Assembly (NCBI GenBank): GCA_050015055.1
Contig: JBEKCD010000018.1
Location: forward strand, 85-64,084
Direction of reading: 5' to 3'
Source of the DNA: Candidatus Bathyarchaeia archaeon
GTDB lineage: Archaea > Thermoproteota > Bathyarchaeia > Bathyarchaeales > Bathycorpusculaceae
DNA length: 64,000 nt
In this document: positions 19,039 to 29,556 of the stretch, in pieces
Layout of the letters: every line of letters starts with the position of its first letter
Numbering within the stretch: the stretch's first letter is position 1
The notes under the pieces: model-generated
Told to the model about the DNA's origin: nothing
Database searches by the model: none
Seen by the model: the letters and a program-made list of their open reading frames with translations, nothing else
Position numbers and translations under genes: made by a program

Positions 19039-22000
19039 GTGATTTGCATGGTTGATTCTGTTGTTCAGTCACATGCAGAGATAGTTGTCGATTCCACGGA
19101 GAAGTCGAAGATTCGTGTCTTGCATGTTGACGATGAGCCTGCTTTGCTGAAGGTTGCGAAGCAATGTTTGGAAATGCAGGGTCCATTCCATGTGGACACC
19201 GCAAATTCAGTTGAGGAAGCGTTGTCGAAGCTTGAGAAGGAACGGTATGACGCGGTCGTTTCGGATTATCAGATGCCTGGGAAAGACGGTCTGGAATTTC
19301 TGAAAGAGCTAAGAGAAAATGGAAACAAGACCCCCTTCATCATTTTCACTGGAAAGGGCAGAGAGGAAGTCGCAATAAAAGCGCTTAACCTGGGAGCCAA
19401 CCAGTACCTTAACAAAACAGGAGAAACTGAGACTGTTTACACGGAACTGTCCCACTCCATAACAGAACTGGCTAAAACCGAGAAAACAGAAGAGGCTTTG
19501 AGACAATCCGAGGAGGAATACAGGGACTTGTTTGAAAACGCTATGGACGCGATACTTACATTGGACTTGAAAGGAAGCATTACAGCAGTAAACAATTCCG
19601 TGTTACGTCTTGGCTACAGGAAAGAGGATTTGGTCGGAAAGAATTTTCTCGATTTTGTTTCCAAGGAATACTGGCCGGCAGTCATGAGGGATTTCTCAAA
19701 GGTAACTCAAGGAGAGCCTGCCAAGAATGAAATCGAACTAGTCGTCCCTACAGGAAAGATTATTGGGGAATACTATGCGCGTGCCACGGTAAAGGAAAAC
19801 AACGTTGCTGGAGTGCAAATAAGTATAAGAGATGTGACTGAACGCAAGAAAAGCGAGGAGTTGCTAAGAGAGTCTGAGGAAAGGTTTAGGGGCTTGTTCG
19901 AAAGCATACAAGACCCTGTGGGCATCTTCGTTGGAAGAGAAGGTCGCCTCATAGACTATAACACGGCACTTGAGGAATTGTCTGGATACACTGATGAAGA
20001 ACTGAAAGGCAAAGTGTTCTTGGATTTTGTTCACCCTGACCATCGCGATATGGTTCTGGAGAAATATCGAACAGAATATTCAGAAGACGAATTTCCCCTG
20101 ATCTACGAAATAAGGGGAGTGAACAAGAAAGGAGAATCCATTCCGCTTGAGCTCAGCATTAGCAGGTATAGAAAGAAAGGCAAGGTCATCGGCATAGAGG
20201 TAATACATAGAGACCTAACTGAACGCAAGAAGGCAGAGGAAGCAGTCAAGGAATCAGAGGCGAAATATCGTATGCTGGTGGAACAGTCACTGCAGGGAAT
20301 CGTCATTGCCCAAGGCTTCCCTCCCCGCTTGGTTTTTGCTAATTCTGCAATGGCTACAATCACAGGTTATTCTCCTGATGAGCTTACTTCTCTTTCGCCG
20401 AAGCAAATCGAAGATCTGATACACCTCGACGATAGAGCGCTCTTCTTTGGTTGTTTCATGGATCGACTACAAGAAAAATCGATACCCTCACGCTATGAAT
20501 TCCGTGCGTTCCGAAAAGATGGTGCCGTAATCCTGCTGGAAATATCTTCAAGCCGCATTGAATACAATGGACAACCAGCCGTACAAGCAGCATTCATAGA
20601 CATCACTGAACGCAAACAAATGGAAGAAGAAGAGAAATTGAGGGCGAGCGAGGAGAAACACAGAGAACTGGCCAACTCGTTGCCAGAGATTGTTTTTGAA
20701 ATGGATAGCCAAGGTAAACTCACGTTTGCCAATGAAAAAGCCTATGAGATCTCTGGCCATACTCGGGAAGACTTCGCGAAAGGCCTGAATGCCCTCGAGT
20801 TTATTGTTCCGCAGGATCGAGAAAAAGCAAGAAATAATATAGAAAAAACGTTTAGGGGAGAGCACAAAGGCCCTAATGAATATACGTTTCAGAAGAAAAA
20901 TGGCAGTACATTTCCTGTTGCCATACACTCCAGCCCTATTCTCCGTGGAGACAGAACCATTGGTGTGAGAGGCATTATCATAGATGTCACTGAACGGAAG
21001 AAGATTGAGAAAGCCCTAAGGGAGAGTGACCGAAGATTACGTGCCGTCTTTGATCAGACTTATGAGTTCATCGGCCTCATGACACCTGATGGGATGCTGA
21101 TTGAAGCGAATAGAACGGCGATGAAATTCGCAGGCGTCAACGAATCTGAGGTTCTGGGCAAGCCTTTCTGGTTAACGCCATGGTGGACTCATTCGCAACA
21201 AGCTCAGGAAAGGCTTCGTGAAGCGATAAGAAAGGCGTCTCAGGGAGAGTTTGACCGCTTTGAGACCACGCACCTTGACAAAGATGGGCAGCTTCACTAC
21301 GTGGATTTTTCACTCAAACCAGTCAACGACGAAACAGGAACAGTTCGATACTTGGTCCCTGAAGGTCGAGATATCACTGAGCGCAAGAAGATGGAAGACA
21401 AACTCGAGGTTTATTCTAAGCACTTGGAGGAACTGGTCAAACAGAGAACTGAAGACCTCATGGCAACGCAAGAGGAATTGAAGCAAAGCGAGCAGAAACT
21501 GCGAAGCGTGGTTTGTGGCTCGCCTATTCCTGCATTCTTCATCAGTAAGGATCATAAGGTTGTCTATTGGAATGTGGCGCTTGAGAAATATAGTGGGCTC
21601 AAGGTTGAAGAAATACTGGGCACAGACCAGCATTGGAAAGCCTTCTACGACGAGAAGAGACCTTGTTTGGCTGATCTGGTGGTAGATGAAGCCATAGAGC
21701 GGATTCCTGAATGGCATTCTGGGAAGTACAAGAAGTCGGAACTCGTGGAAGGAGGATATGAAGCCACGGACTTTTTCCCATCACTAGGCAAAAAGGGAAA
21801 ATGGCTGTATTTCACCGCAGTGGCCATCAGGGATTCCAAAGAAAACGTGATCGGTGGCTTGGAAACGCTTGAAGACATCACAGACCGCAGAAATGCAGAA
21901 GAAGTACTGAGGGAGTCGGAAGCGAAATACCGCGCGTTAGTCGAAGAGATGCCTGAGGTCATCTACACCATTTCAGCTGAAGATGCAACCATAACATCAC

Positions 22001-23358
22001 TGAATCCCGCGTTCGAAAAGCTCACGGGCTGGGAACGGTCAGAGTGGATTGGAAAATCCTTTGAGGAACTTATTCATCCAGATGATCTGCCGCTCGCTAT
22101 GGAAACCTTCCAAAAGACGATACGTGGAGAGACCTTGCCACCGTACGAGCTGCGCGTTCTATCAAGATCTGGCGAATGCCTTGTAGGAGAGTTCACCAGC
22201 AAGCCTCAAGTTGAGAGAGGAAAGATAGTAGGAGAATTTGGGATCGTCCGTGACATAACTGAACGCAAGAAGGCAGACAGAGCTTTTTTGGAGAACCGGG
22301 AAAAATTCGAGGGTCTGTTTATGCATAGTCCTGAAGCTGCAGTTTATCTTGGGCCAGACTTTGGCATATTGGACATCAACCCCCGCTTTAAGGAGTTCTT
22401 CGCGTACGATCTTGCCGAAATCAGAGGCAGACATATCGATGATGTGGTAGTTCCAGAGGGGAAAATAGAGGATGCAAAAATGCTGAATGAAAAGGCTGTT
22501 CAGGGGTACGTCTACCACAATACTGTCAGAAGAAGGAAAAATGGGTCATTAGTTCCTGTTTCCATATCTGCTGCGCCGATAGTTGTTGGGGGTCGACTTG
22601 TAGGCTATGTGGGGATGTATAAGGACATTTCTGAGTTAAAGAATGCCGAGAAAAAGTTGGAAACGATGAATGAGAAGTTGCGAGTTGTGGGCGGACTAAC
22701 GAGACATGATGTCAGGAACAAGCTTTCAGCAATCACAGGAAATATCTATTTGGGCAAGAAGAAACTGGCGGATCATCCTGAAGTCCTCCAGAGTTTCAAG
22801 GATATGGATTCAGCTTGTGAACAGATCGTAAGGATCTTCGAGTTTGCCAAGGATTATGAGAGGCTCGGTGTTGAAGAGCTGACTTATGTTGACATGGAGA
22901 AAATCGTGGATGAAGCAGTTTCGCTGTTCCCGAACTTGCTTGGCATAAGAATATCGAACGGCTGCCGTGGATTAGTGGTTTTAGCCGATTCGCTACTCAG
23001 GCAACTCTTCTACAATTTGATAGACAACACGTTGAAATACGGTGGAAAAGCCACTCAAATCAGAATACACTACAATATCGCAGACAAAAACCAGTTGCGA
23101 CTTTTCTACGAAGATAATGGTGTTGGCATACAGTCTGATGAAAAGCGGAAGCTCTTTCGCGAAGGTCACACGACAGGCAAAGGCTCAGGCTACGGGCTTT
23201 ACCTGATAGGGAAAATGATGGAAGTCTACGGCTGGACCATGCAAGAAACCGGCACGCCAGGTGAGGGTGCACATTTCATCATAACAATGCCAAAGACAAA
23301 CCCGAGCGGAAAAGAAAACTATCTTGTAACTGCGCAAAGCGCGCGCCAAGAGCAATGA
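19039..23358 (+). CDS. Hybrid sensor: N-terminal response-regulator receiver, about 8 PAS domains, C-terminal histidine kinase (HisKA-like and HATPase_c)
   Basis: Receiver motifs 'RVLHVDDEP...DAVVSDYQMPGKDG'. Eight PAS modules each end in a 'D(I/V)TERKK' linker. H-box 'LTRHDVRNKL'. ATPase G-boxes 'DNGVGI' and 'GSGYGLYL'. Confidence 0.85.
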   Translation: MICMVDSVVQSHAEIVVDSTEKSKIRVLHVDDEPALLKVAKQCLEMQGPFHVDTANSVEEALSKLEKERYDAVVSDYQMPGKDGLEFLKELRENGNKTPFIIFTGKGREEVAIKALNLGANQYLNKTGETETVYTELSHSITELAKTEKTEEALRQSEEEYRDLFENAMDAILTLDLKGSITAVNNSVLRLGYRKEDLVGKNFLDFVSKEYWPAVMRDFSKVTQGEPAKNEIELVVPTGKIIGEYYARATVKENNVAGVQISIRDVTERKKSEELLRESEERFRGLFESIQDPVGIFVGREGRLIDYNTALEELSGYTDEELKGKVFLDFVHPDHRDMVLEKYRTEYSEDEFPLIYEIRGVNKKGESIPLELSISRYRKKGKVIGIEVIHRDLTERKKAEEAVKESEAKYRMLVEQSLQGIVIAQGFPPRLVFANSAMATITGYSPDELTSLSPKQIEDLIHLDDRALFFGCFMDRLQEKSIPSRYEFRAFRKDGAVILLEISSSRIEYNGQPAVQAAFIDITERKQMEEEEKLRASEEKHRELANSLPEIVFEMDSQGKLTFANEKAYEISGHTREDFAKGLNALEFIVPQDREKARNNIEKTFRGEHKGPNEYTFQKKNGSTFPVAIHSSPILRGDRTIGVRGIIIDVTERKKIEKALRESDRRLRAVFDQTYEFIGLMTPDGMLIEANRTAMKFAGVNESEVLGKPFWLTPWWTHSQQAQERLREAIRKASQGEFDRFETTHLDKDGQLHYVDFSLKPVNDETGTVRYLVPEGRDITERKKMEDKLEVYSKHLEELVKQRTEDLMATQEELKQSEQKLRSVVCGSPIPAFFISKDHKVVYWNVALEKYSGLKVEEILGTDQHWKAFYDEKRPCLADLVVDEAIERIPEWHSGKYKKSELVEGGYEATDFFPSLGKKGKWLYFTAVAIRDSKENVIGGLETLEDITDRRNAEEVLRESEAKYRALVEEMPEVIYTISAEDATITSLNPAFEKLTGWERSEWIGKSFEELIHPDDLPLAMETFQKTIRGETLPPYELRVLSRSGECLVGEFTSKPQVERGKIVGEFGIVRDITERKKADRAFLENREKFEGLFMHSPEAAVYLGPDFGILDINPRFKEFFAYDLAEIRGRHIDDVVVPEGKIEDAKMLNEKAVQGYVYHNTVRRRKNGSLVPVSISAAPIVVGGRLVGYVGMYKDISELKNAEKKLETMNEKLRVVGGLTRHDVRNKLSAITGNIYLGKKKLADHPEVLQSFKDMDSACEQIVRIFEFAKDYERLGVEELTYVDMEKIVDEAVSLFPNLLGIRISNGCRGLVVLADSLLRQLFYNLIDNTLKYGGKATQIRIHYNIADKNQLRLFYEDNGVGIQSDEKRKLFREGHTTGKGSGYGLYLIGKMMEVYGWTMQETGTPGEGAHFIITMPKTNPSGKENYLVTAQSARQEQ

Positions 23359-23454
23359 TTTCGGGATTAATCTATGAAGTAGCACGCGCACGAAATAGAA
23401 GATCGGCAATTATAAAAGAAAGGTCGAATTCTGAGAGTTTCATGGTGGTAGAAA

Positions 23455-24021
23455 TTGCTCGAAGGTAGAAATGTCCGACTCAAGGTTATGGAGAAAGAAG
23501 ACTTGGATTTTTTTGTGGAATGTCATAACGATGTAGCCTATTACGGTGAAGATGGCCCGATTGTGACGCAGATGTCTAGAGTTGAGGCAGAGAAACGGTT
23601 TGAAAATCCTCCCCCCTTAGCGATGCTTACTGAACGAGGTCGGTTCGTGATCGAGAAGAAAGATGCAACAAGGATCGGTTTCATCGCGCACTATTTTGTC
23701 CTGCCCTCTAGATTTATGGAAATTGGTTATGACATAATTCCTAACGAGAGGAGGAAAGGCTATGGAACTGAAGCAGTCGAAATCATGGTGGATTATCTAT
23801 TCCTTTCCAAAGATACTGCTCGGATTCAAGCAGTTACCAATGTGGGAAACAAGGCATCCCAAAGGGTTCGTGAAAAAGCTGGTTTCAAAAAAGAAGGAAC
23901 ACTACGAAAAGTAGGTCATGTTAGAGGAGAACCAACTGACGCTTACATCTATAGCATCCTACGGGAGGAATGGAAAGAACCTATGATGTTGACAAAAACA
24001 GAAAAAAAGAAGCGGACTTGA
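23455..24021 (+). CDS. GNAT family N-acetyltransferase (RimJ/RimL-like)
   Basis: 'RRKGYGTEAV' acetyl-CoA motif. Confidence 0.7.
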   Translation: MLEGRNVRLKVMEKEDLDFFVECHNDVAYYGEDGPIVTQMSRVEAEKRFENPPPLAMLTERGRFVIEKKDATRIGFIAHYFVLPSRFMEIGYDIIPNERRKGYGTEAVEIMVDYLFLSKDTARIQAVTNVGNKASQRVREKAGFKKEGTLRKVGHVRGEPTDAYIYSILREEWKEPMMLTKTEKKKRT

Positions 24022-24327
24022 TTGACAATTTCAGATGCCTCAATTAGCTAACGCACGCTGCAAAAAGTTAAGTCTTCTAGAAACAGAATGAAACAAGAGA
24101 AGCCCAAATAGAAAGAAAACCTGTTGATAAGGTAAATGAAAGAAAACATTAAGTTCTGGGCTATAGACTCGAATAATATTTCTGACAGGCTCAGGTTGTG
24201 CTGGGGACATCTTCAGGAGTGGGAACATCTGCAAATCGTCGAAAGAAGTAAAGATTAGCTGGAAAGAACTAATAGGTCATTCACACCAACGACATTTATC
24301 GCATACCGCGCGCTAACCCCTGTAGGC

Positions 24328-24708
24328 ATGATAGAATTCATTCCATATGAGCTAATGAAAAAGATTGGGCTGTGCCCCTGCAGGGCGGATCCAGAGAAGA
24401 GGAAGGTAAAAAGCAGATATGCTCTCAGAAAAGAGTTCGAAGATTTTTTATTTATATCGTGCCTATGGGTAGATAAGGATCATCAAGGCAAGGGTGTTGG
24501 AAAGGCTCTTTTAGACCACTTTCTTAACAGCGACGTATTCAAGAATTCTGATGGTGCGTTAGTCTACATTTTAGAGAAAGACGCAAGATGGGATAAATAC
24601 ATTCATTGGCCTGCAGGACCTAAAGAGTTCTATCTTGAAGCTGGATTCACGATTAAGAAGACGCTTGATGCGCCAGTTGGATATCTGCTGTATAGCAGAA
24701 ACACATAA
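24328..24708 (+). CDS. GNAT-like acetyltransferase domain protein
   Basis: 'HQGKGVGKALL' motif, 126 aa. Confidence 0.5.
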   Translation: MIEFIPYELMKKIGLCPCRADPEKRKVKSRYALRKEFEDFLFISCLWVDKDHQGKGVGKALLDHFLNSDVFKNSDGALVYILEKDARWDKYIHWPAGPKEFYLEAGFTIKKTLDAPVGYLLYSRNT

Positions 24709-24959
24709 TATTGAATCTTATGCGACATTTTCCCGGGGTCTTACTGGCTGCCAGCATACGTTGGTCTGACGCGCATACTGAGCCACGTACTGAAGCACTT
24801 CTTAATACAGGAGGATGCTACGCCCAGCAAGCAATCAGCGTAGAATGAGTGACAGAACCTGACGCTCTAGTTGAAAGCCGACAACGAAACAACGCTGAAA
24901 AGAAGGAGACTCGCTATGTAAAGTAATTCAGTTGGTAATACTAAGGCCAAGTCCATCCG

Positions 24960-25685
24960 TTAGAGAAGCTCTTCAGGATGATCAATCCACGTGTAATTCT
25001 CTTCTCGTAGAAGGCTGACCGTCTGGTTCCAGAGTCTGGACAATTTGCTTGTTTCGGGCTGTTTCAGAATGCTCTCCAGGTTTATTTCGAGTTTCTCCGG
25101 CTTTTTCCGAAGTGACTGAAATTCCTTGAGAGCCCACTGGAGTCTCGGAGACCACAAATGGTTGAAGTTAAACAACAATCGGATCAGTTCCTGAACGGCA
25201 AGTGCAGTATAGATTCTTGCTCCCCACGGATTTTCGTGTTCAAGGCAGCTCCATGAACTCAGAGTGTTTCCCCAATACGCATTGTAATACCGTTTTAACC
25301 TGTCTACTCTTGAAGCCTCATCATATGCGGTGATTTCGTTCAGAACCTGTTGAAGAATGCGAATCTTGTCAAGCAAGACAATGGATTTCTGATAGTTCCA
25401 GTGATCCTCATCCTTATCAGAATCCTTGATCTGTCGGAGCATGTTGACCGTGGTGAAGATCAAGTCATGCTTTTCAGTATGAACAATCTTCTGAGAATTC
25501 CTCGCAAGTTCAGCATATTTGTCTTCGGTCACAACTACTTCGAGATCAACATCGGAGTGTTTGTCATCATAGCCCTTCACGGTAGATCCAACTTGAATAA
25601 TTCCCAGAACCTTCTCATCGTTGCCGTACTCGCTCAACAGTCTGTCGATTAGCTCTTTCCGCGAATCCAATTTGACCCTCCGCAA
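24960..25685 (-). CDS. Nucleotidyltransferase (minimal NTase/ANT-like N-terminal domain with a helical C-terminal domain)
   Basis: 'GIIQVGSTVKGYDDKHSDVDLEVVV' matches the GS...D.D polymerase-β-type NTase signature. Confidence 0.6.
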   Translation of the reverse strand: MRRVKLDSRKELIDRLLSEYGNDEKVLGIIQVGSTVKGYDDKHSDVDLEVVVTEDKYAELARNSQKIVHTEKHDLIFTTVNMLRQIKDSDKDEDHWNYQKSIVLLDKIRILQQVLNEITAYDEASRVDRLKRYYNAYWGNTLSSWSCLEHENPWGARIYTALAVQELIRLLFNFNHLWSPRLQWALKEFQSLRKKPEKLEINLESILKQPETSKLSRLWNQTVSLLREENYTWIDHPEELL

Positions 25686-26040
25686 TTTGAACTATGGATT
25701 TCTGATGCTCTATTAAATCTTCAGGCATGTCCTAAATAATGCACCTCCTTGGGAGATTTACAAAAACCGATTCCAAATGCAATTTCCAGGTCACCTGCCC
25801 AAAAAACAGGTGTATGGAAAAGGCTACAACCTAGACATAACAGTCTGCCGACTAAACTGCTACATGTACATCGAAACCACCAACGTGACGGCCCACGGCA
25901 ACTCAACAACCATCGCGTCTCAAGAAGTCGCTCTACCAGCCGCAGGATGAACATTCTCTCACCAACATCCTTAGTACGCGTATACTTGCATGACGCATTG
26001 TTTCAGTAGTTTTATTAATTGGTGACTACTAGAATGAGAA

Positions 26041-26936
26041 ATGGAGAGAGGGAGGTCGTGGATGAAAACGTTGGCTGAAATTGCACTATTTCTAGCGCTT
26101 GCCTTGACTGTCGTTCCGTTAATGCAGACGGCTCAGGCAAACCCGGTTCCGTACCCAATGATTGGTATGCCGTTTGAATATATTTACGCCAACATCACAG
26201 TCGCTGATAATGGCGCGACCGCAAAGGTCAACGGAACTTATCCGTTCTACAATGAGGCTGCCCGAATGTTTCAATGTCATACCCCCTGCCTCAGGACTCA
26301 ACCAATGTAACAGTGATGGTCAATGGAAGCATGACCCTCTGGAAATACAATGAGGCGAATTACTCGACGATTCTTGGGGACTTGCCTGAGATAAACTGGA
26401 CAGTTGACCCTGCCCCGAGTCAATTTACCGTTGAAGTTGACTACGAACACGCCGTGCCGGTGATAGGTCCGAACTTTACGTATTTCTATGCGATGGGCAC
26501 GTGGAAGGACTTGACGGGGCTCTACTCGAAACGGGCTACTGCTTACCTGACTGCAGACATAAACATGGAATCTATCGAAGAAAATCAAACGTTGAATATC
26601 TATGCTTACCAGATAGTACCCCGACAACAATGGATTTGGAAACCACAAAACTGCATCATATCTAGAATCCGCAACACGTTCCAAGTAAACGCTACCGTGA
26701 CATCCGATCTGTTCAGCCCCATAGAGGGGGACTTTCTGTTGACGTTTTCCGTCACGGTTTCAGGAGACATCAACGGAGACTTCAAAGTCGGCCTTCCAGA
26801 CTTGGTTATTCTGGCACAGGCCTACGGCTCAAAGCCCAGTGGTTCAAACTGGAATCCTAACGCGGACATTGACGGCAACGGCGCAGCAGGCCTCTCAGAC
26901 CTCGTCAAACTGGCTCAGCATTATGGACAACACTAG
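26041..26936 (+). CDS. Secreted protein with C-terminal dockerin-type repeats, interrupted by an apparent −1 frameshift at the C5 tract 26282–26286
   Basis: Signal peptide 'MKTLAEIALFLALALTVVPLMQTAQA'. The second ORF (26274..26936) continues the first if one C is added. The C-terminus carries two 'DINGDF/DIDGNGAAGLSDL' dockerin-like calcium-binding repeats. Confidence 0.5.
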
Positions 26937-26947
26937 CGCGCTAGCGT

Positions 26948-27085
26948 GTTCCTAAATTCCCTTTTTTGGGAGTGACGAGTTGGTTCATGTCCTACAGACG
27001 ATACTCCTCGCATCAATAGTCACACGGTCATCCTCGAACCAAGCGAGCCTGTAACAAAAACCAGCTCGCGAATGAATTTAGGAAC
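26948..27085. repeat. About 140-bp imperfect inverted-repeat element (MITE-like or structured RNA)
   Basis: Outer perfect 12-bp inverted repeat gttcctaaattc (26948–59) / gaatttaggaac (27074–85). The inner arms 'cgagttggtt' and 'aaccaagcg' are also complementary. Confidence 0.45.
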
Positions 27086-27210
27086 TCCGGCCTGAATTGC
27101 TGAGCATCCAGAGGATTATACCTGCCTCCAAATTCAAGGGTTGTTGAACCATCCAATGAATAATGGCATATCCTCTCTCTCCACAACCCTCAAGTTTACT
27201 AGCTTACCTT

Positions 27211-27245
27211 CAAGCGCGCGCGTGTTTGTTAGCGCGCGCTATGCC
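27211..27245. repeat. Two adjacent copies of the GCGCGC-core palindrome (agcgcgcgcg / tagcgcgcgcta)
   Basis: Read directly from the sequence. Member of a dispersed motif family detailed in the findings. Confidence 0.6.
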
Positions 27246-27256
27246 GAATATCGCCA

Positions 27257-27859
27257 ATGCGAGCGTTTCCAGCGATGCCTGCACAAGACCAAAGACTTTT
27301 CTGTTCCTCGAACAATCTTGATTTGCTGGGAAATGGGTTGCCTGGCGCAGTAGTCATCGTTGATTATGATCCGCAGTGGCCGACACTTTACGAGAAGGAG
27401 AAAGCGCTTGTTCGCAGAGTTCTTGAGCGCAGAATCTGCGCGTTCGAACATGTCGGCAGTACAGCAGTGCCTAGATTAGGTGGGAAGAACATCATCGACA
27501 TCATGGCGGGTGTCAACAGCGTTGATGAAGCAAATCAATGCATCTCGCCGTTGGAAAGCATCGGCTACGATGATGTCACGCCCCAACCAGGTAACACAGA
27601 ATGGTATTACTGTTTGGGAAAGGGCCCACACAGTGTCGGATACCATCTGCACCTCGTCAGGTTCAACAGTGAACACTGGAAAAAACAGATAGTCTTCCGC
27701 GATTTTCTCAGGAAGAACCCTCAGACAGCTCAAGAGTACTTCAATCTGAAGAAGAGATTGGCTACAAAGTACGGGACAGATCGTTTAGGCTACACAGAAG
27801 CAAAATCAGCTTTCATAGAATCCGTCCTTGCAGCAGGCAATCGAGTTATCCAACATTAA
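27257..27859 (+). CDS. GrpB-family (nucleotidyltransferase-like) protein
   Basis: 'VIVDYDPQWP...F..E' GrpB N-terminal signature. The 'HVGSTAVP' motif is also present. The true start is possibly downstream of the first M. Confidence 0.65.
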   Translation: MRAFPAMPAQDQRLFCSSNNLDLLGNGLPGAVVIVDYDPQWPTLYEKEKALVRRVLERRICAFEHVGSTAVPRLGGKNIIDIMAGVNSVDEANQCISPLESIGYDDVTPQPGNTEWYYCLGKGPHSVGYHLHLVRFNSEHWKKQIVFRDFLRKNPQTAQEYFNLKKRLATKYGTDRLGYTEAKSAFIESVLAAGNRVIQH

Positions 27860-28157
27860 GAGTTTGATCGGCGCGCGTCACGGTCAATGTATTATGAACG
27901 CGTGAGTGAATTACACAAGAAAAAAGCGGTTCGCGAGAAGTCAAATTCGCGCGCACCTCCTTTTATAAGAGACTCAAGATAAGGACAATCCAAGCTTCGG
28001 GAAATGGGGAGTTGCTGATCTCGTTTCATTAGATCTAGCATGCCGAGAAACGTGGGACTCAGCGCGCAGACTCGACAAGGTTGGCAATGTTGAAACGCAC
28101 AAAACCTTAAGTGCGCGCGTCGGCACAGACTATTCATTCGCTTAGCGAAGGTCAAAC

Positions 28158-28553
28158 ATGAGTCAAGAGAAGAAGCTCCAGAGAATAGACAGGGAGAAGC
28201 TGCCATTATTCTATAGGTTTATCTTGAAGATTCCAATTCCAGCAATCAGCACATTTATAGATATCCCGAGCGGCATCTTCTATGCGATAATTCTTCCGAT
28301 TTTTGTCTCTTTAGACATTTTTCTGAACATCTATTTTCTGATTGGCTTTAGTTTCCCGATTAACATCTTCTTGGTTTGTGTTGTCCCCGTTGTCATTCTG
28401 GTGATTTTTGTAAGGCTCACTGCAGACAGGTTCATAAATTGGTGGAACTCCGGCGTGGTCGGCGGCTATGTTCAACGGGACGTCAAAGAGATACTGAAAG
28501 AGTATCTTGCCATGCGAGAGAACAAATCCAAAGAAGAAACAACAAGCGGATAG
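28158..28553 (+). CDS. Small polytopic membrane protein
   Basis: Three to four hydrophobic helices, 131 aa. Confidence 0.4.
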   Translation: MSQEKKLQRIDREKLPLFYRFILKIPIPAISTFIDIPSGIFYAIILPIFVSLDIFLNIYFLIGFSFPINIFLVCVVPVVILVIFVRLTADRFINWWNSGVVGGYVQRDVKEILKEYLAMRENKSKEETTSG

Positions 28554-28816
28554 ATCTGTCCTCCGATGCATTCACCTACTGAAATCCCACTGCACTGACA
28601 AGATGGGTTTTGCTATGAACTGCTAAGGCGAAGAAGCCCATCGAAGAATTGGGCAAAGACCATTCCTGCATTCAATATCATCGATCATCAACGATCCCCG
28701 CTGCGGAATTCATCAACTCGCTAGCCATATCACAGCACTCGCTACTGGAAGAATTCAACAGTTGATTTTTCCATAACTCATAAGAAGGGGGCAAAGGAGC
28801 TAATGCATGATATGCT

Positions 28817-29236
28817 ATGGACAAGGGAGCTTCACTTCTAGCCATTTTGCCGCTTCACTACTGATAGCGCGCACGCTGGCTCCAGCTTCAGCGTTGCCAA
28901 CTCATCCGGGACTTCAGGCTTTGCAGTTGCTGGACAAGACGGAACACAAGGCTTCTGCAGACTGAATGTTCCAAAAGCGTTAATCAATGGTTCCTACACC
29001 GTACGTTTGATGGAAAGGTGATTCCAGAGCCACAGTACCGCATACTGCCAACCTCAAACGAGAACTACACCTGCATTTACATGAACTACGCTCACAGCGA
29101 ACACACGATAGAAGTCAGCGGAGAGACAGTGGTTCCGGAGTTTCCGTCAATCGCGTTCCTGACAATTCTTATGTTGGGAACTCTGTCGGCAGGTATAGTC
29201 TACAGAAGAAAAGACGCCAGTCCTCCTAAGAGATGA
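28817..29236 (+). pseudogene. Degraded gene for a small secreted PEF-CTERM protein
   Basis: Signal-peptide-like start 'MDKGASLLAILPL' runs into a stop. A plausible body lies in another frame. The last ORF (29018..29236) ends in 'VPEFPSIAFLTILMLGTLSAGIVYRRKD', which is PEF, a transmembrane helix, then a basic tail. Confidence 0.4.
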
Positions 29237-29556
29237 AAAAGGAGTTTGCAGGAGCAGTAGCGGCAATTTTCCAGCTTTTTGATGCATGACCGATATAATG
29301 AGGAACAGACTGGTCAAACGGATATTAGGGGACTGATAGAGAATATTCCTAGTGGCAGAAAATGAGTAACGCTAAACCAGTAAGATGTCAACAATGCGGA
29401 AAACCTTTAGGCTATGTGACTGTGTTAGCAAAAGGTCTAGCATCGTTTCAGCAACCTATTCAAAACGTCAAAATAGTTGCTATCTGCATGGAATGTTTCC
29501 AAAAGAAGAAATAGTCAACGGGTCAAACTCCCTTAAAAGACTGATAGAAGGCTGTT

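Noticed and set aside
27892-28206. 104-aa minus-strand ORF across the GC-palindrome spacer
   Set aside because: It is Cys/Arg-rich, which is caused by the GCGCGC repeats, and it overlaps the start of the downstream membrane-protein gene. It is probably spurious.
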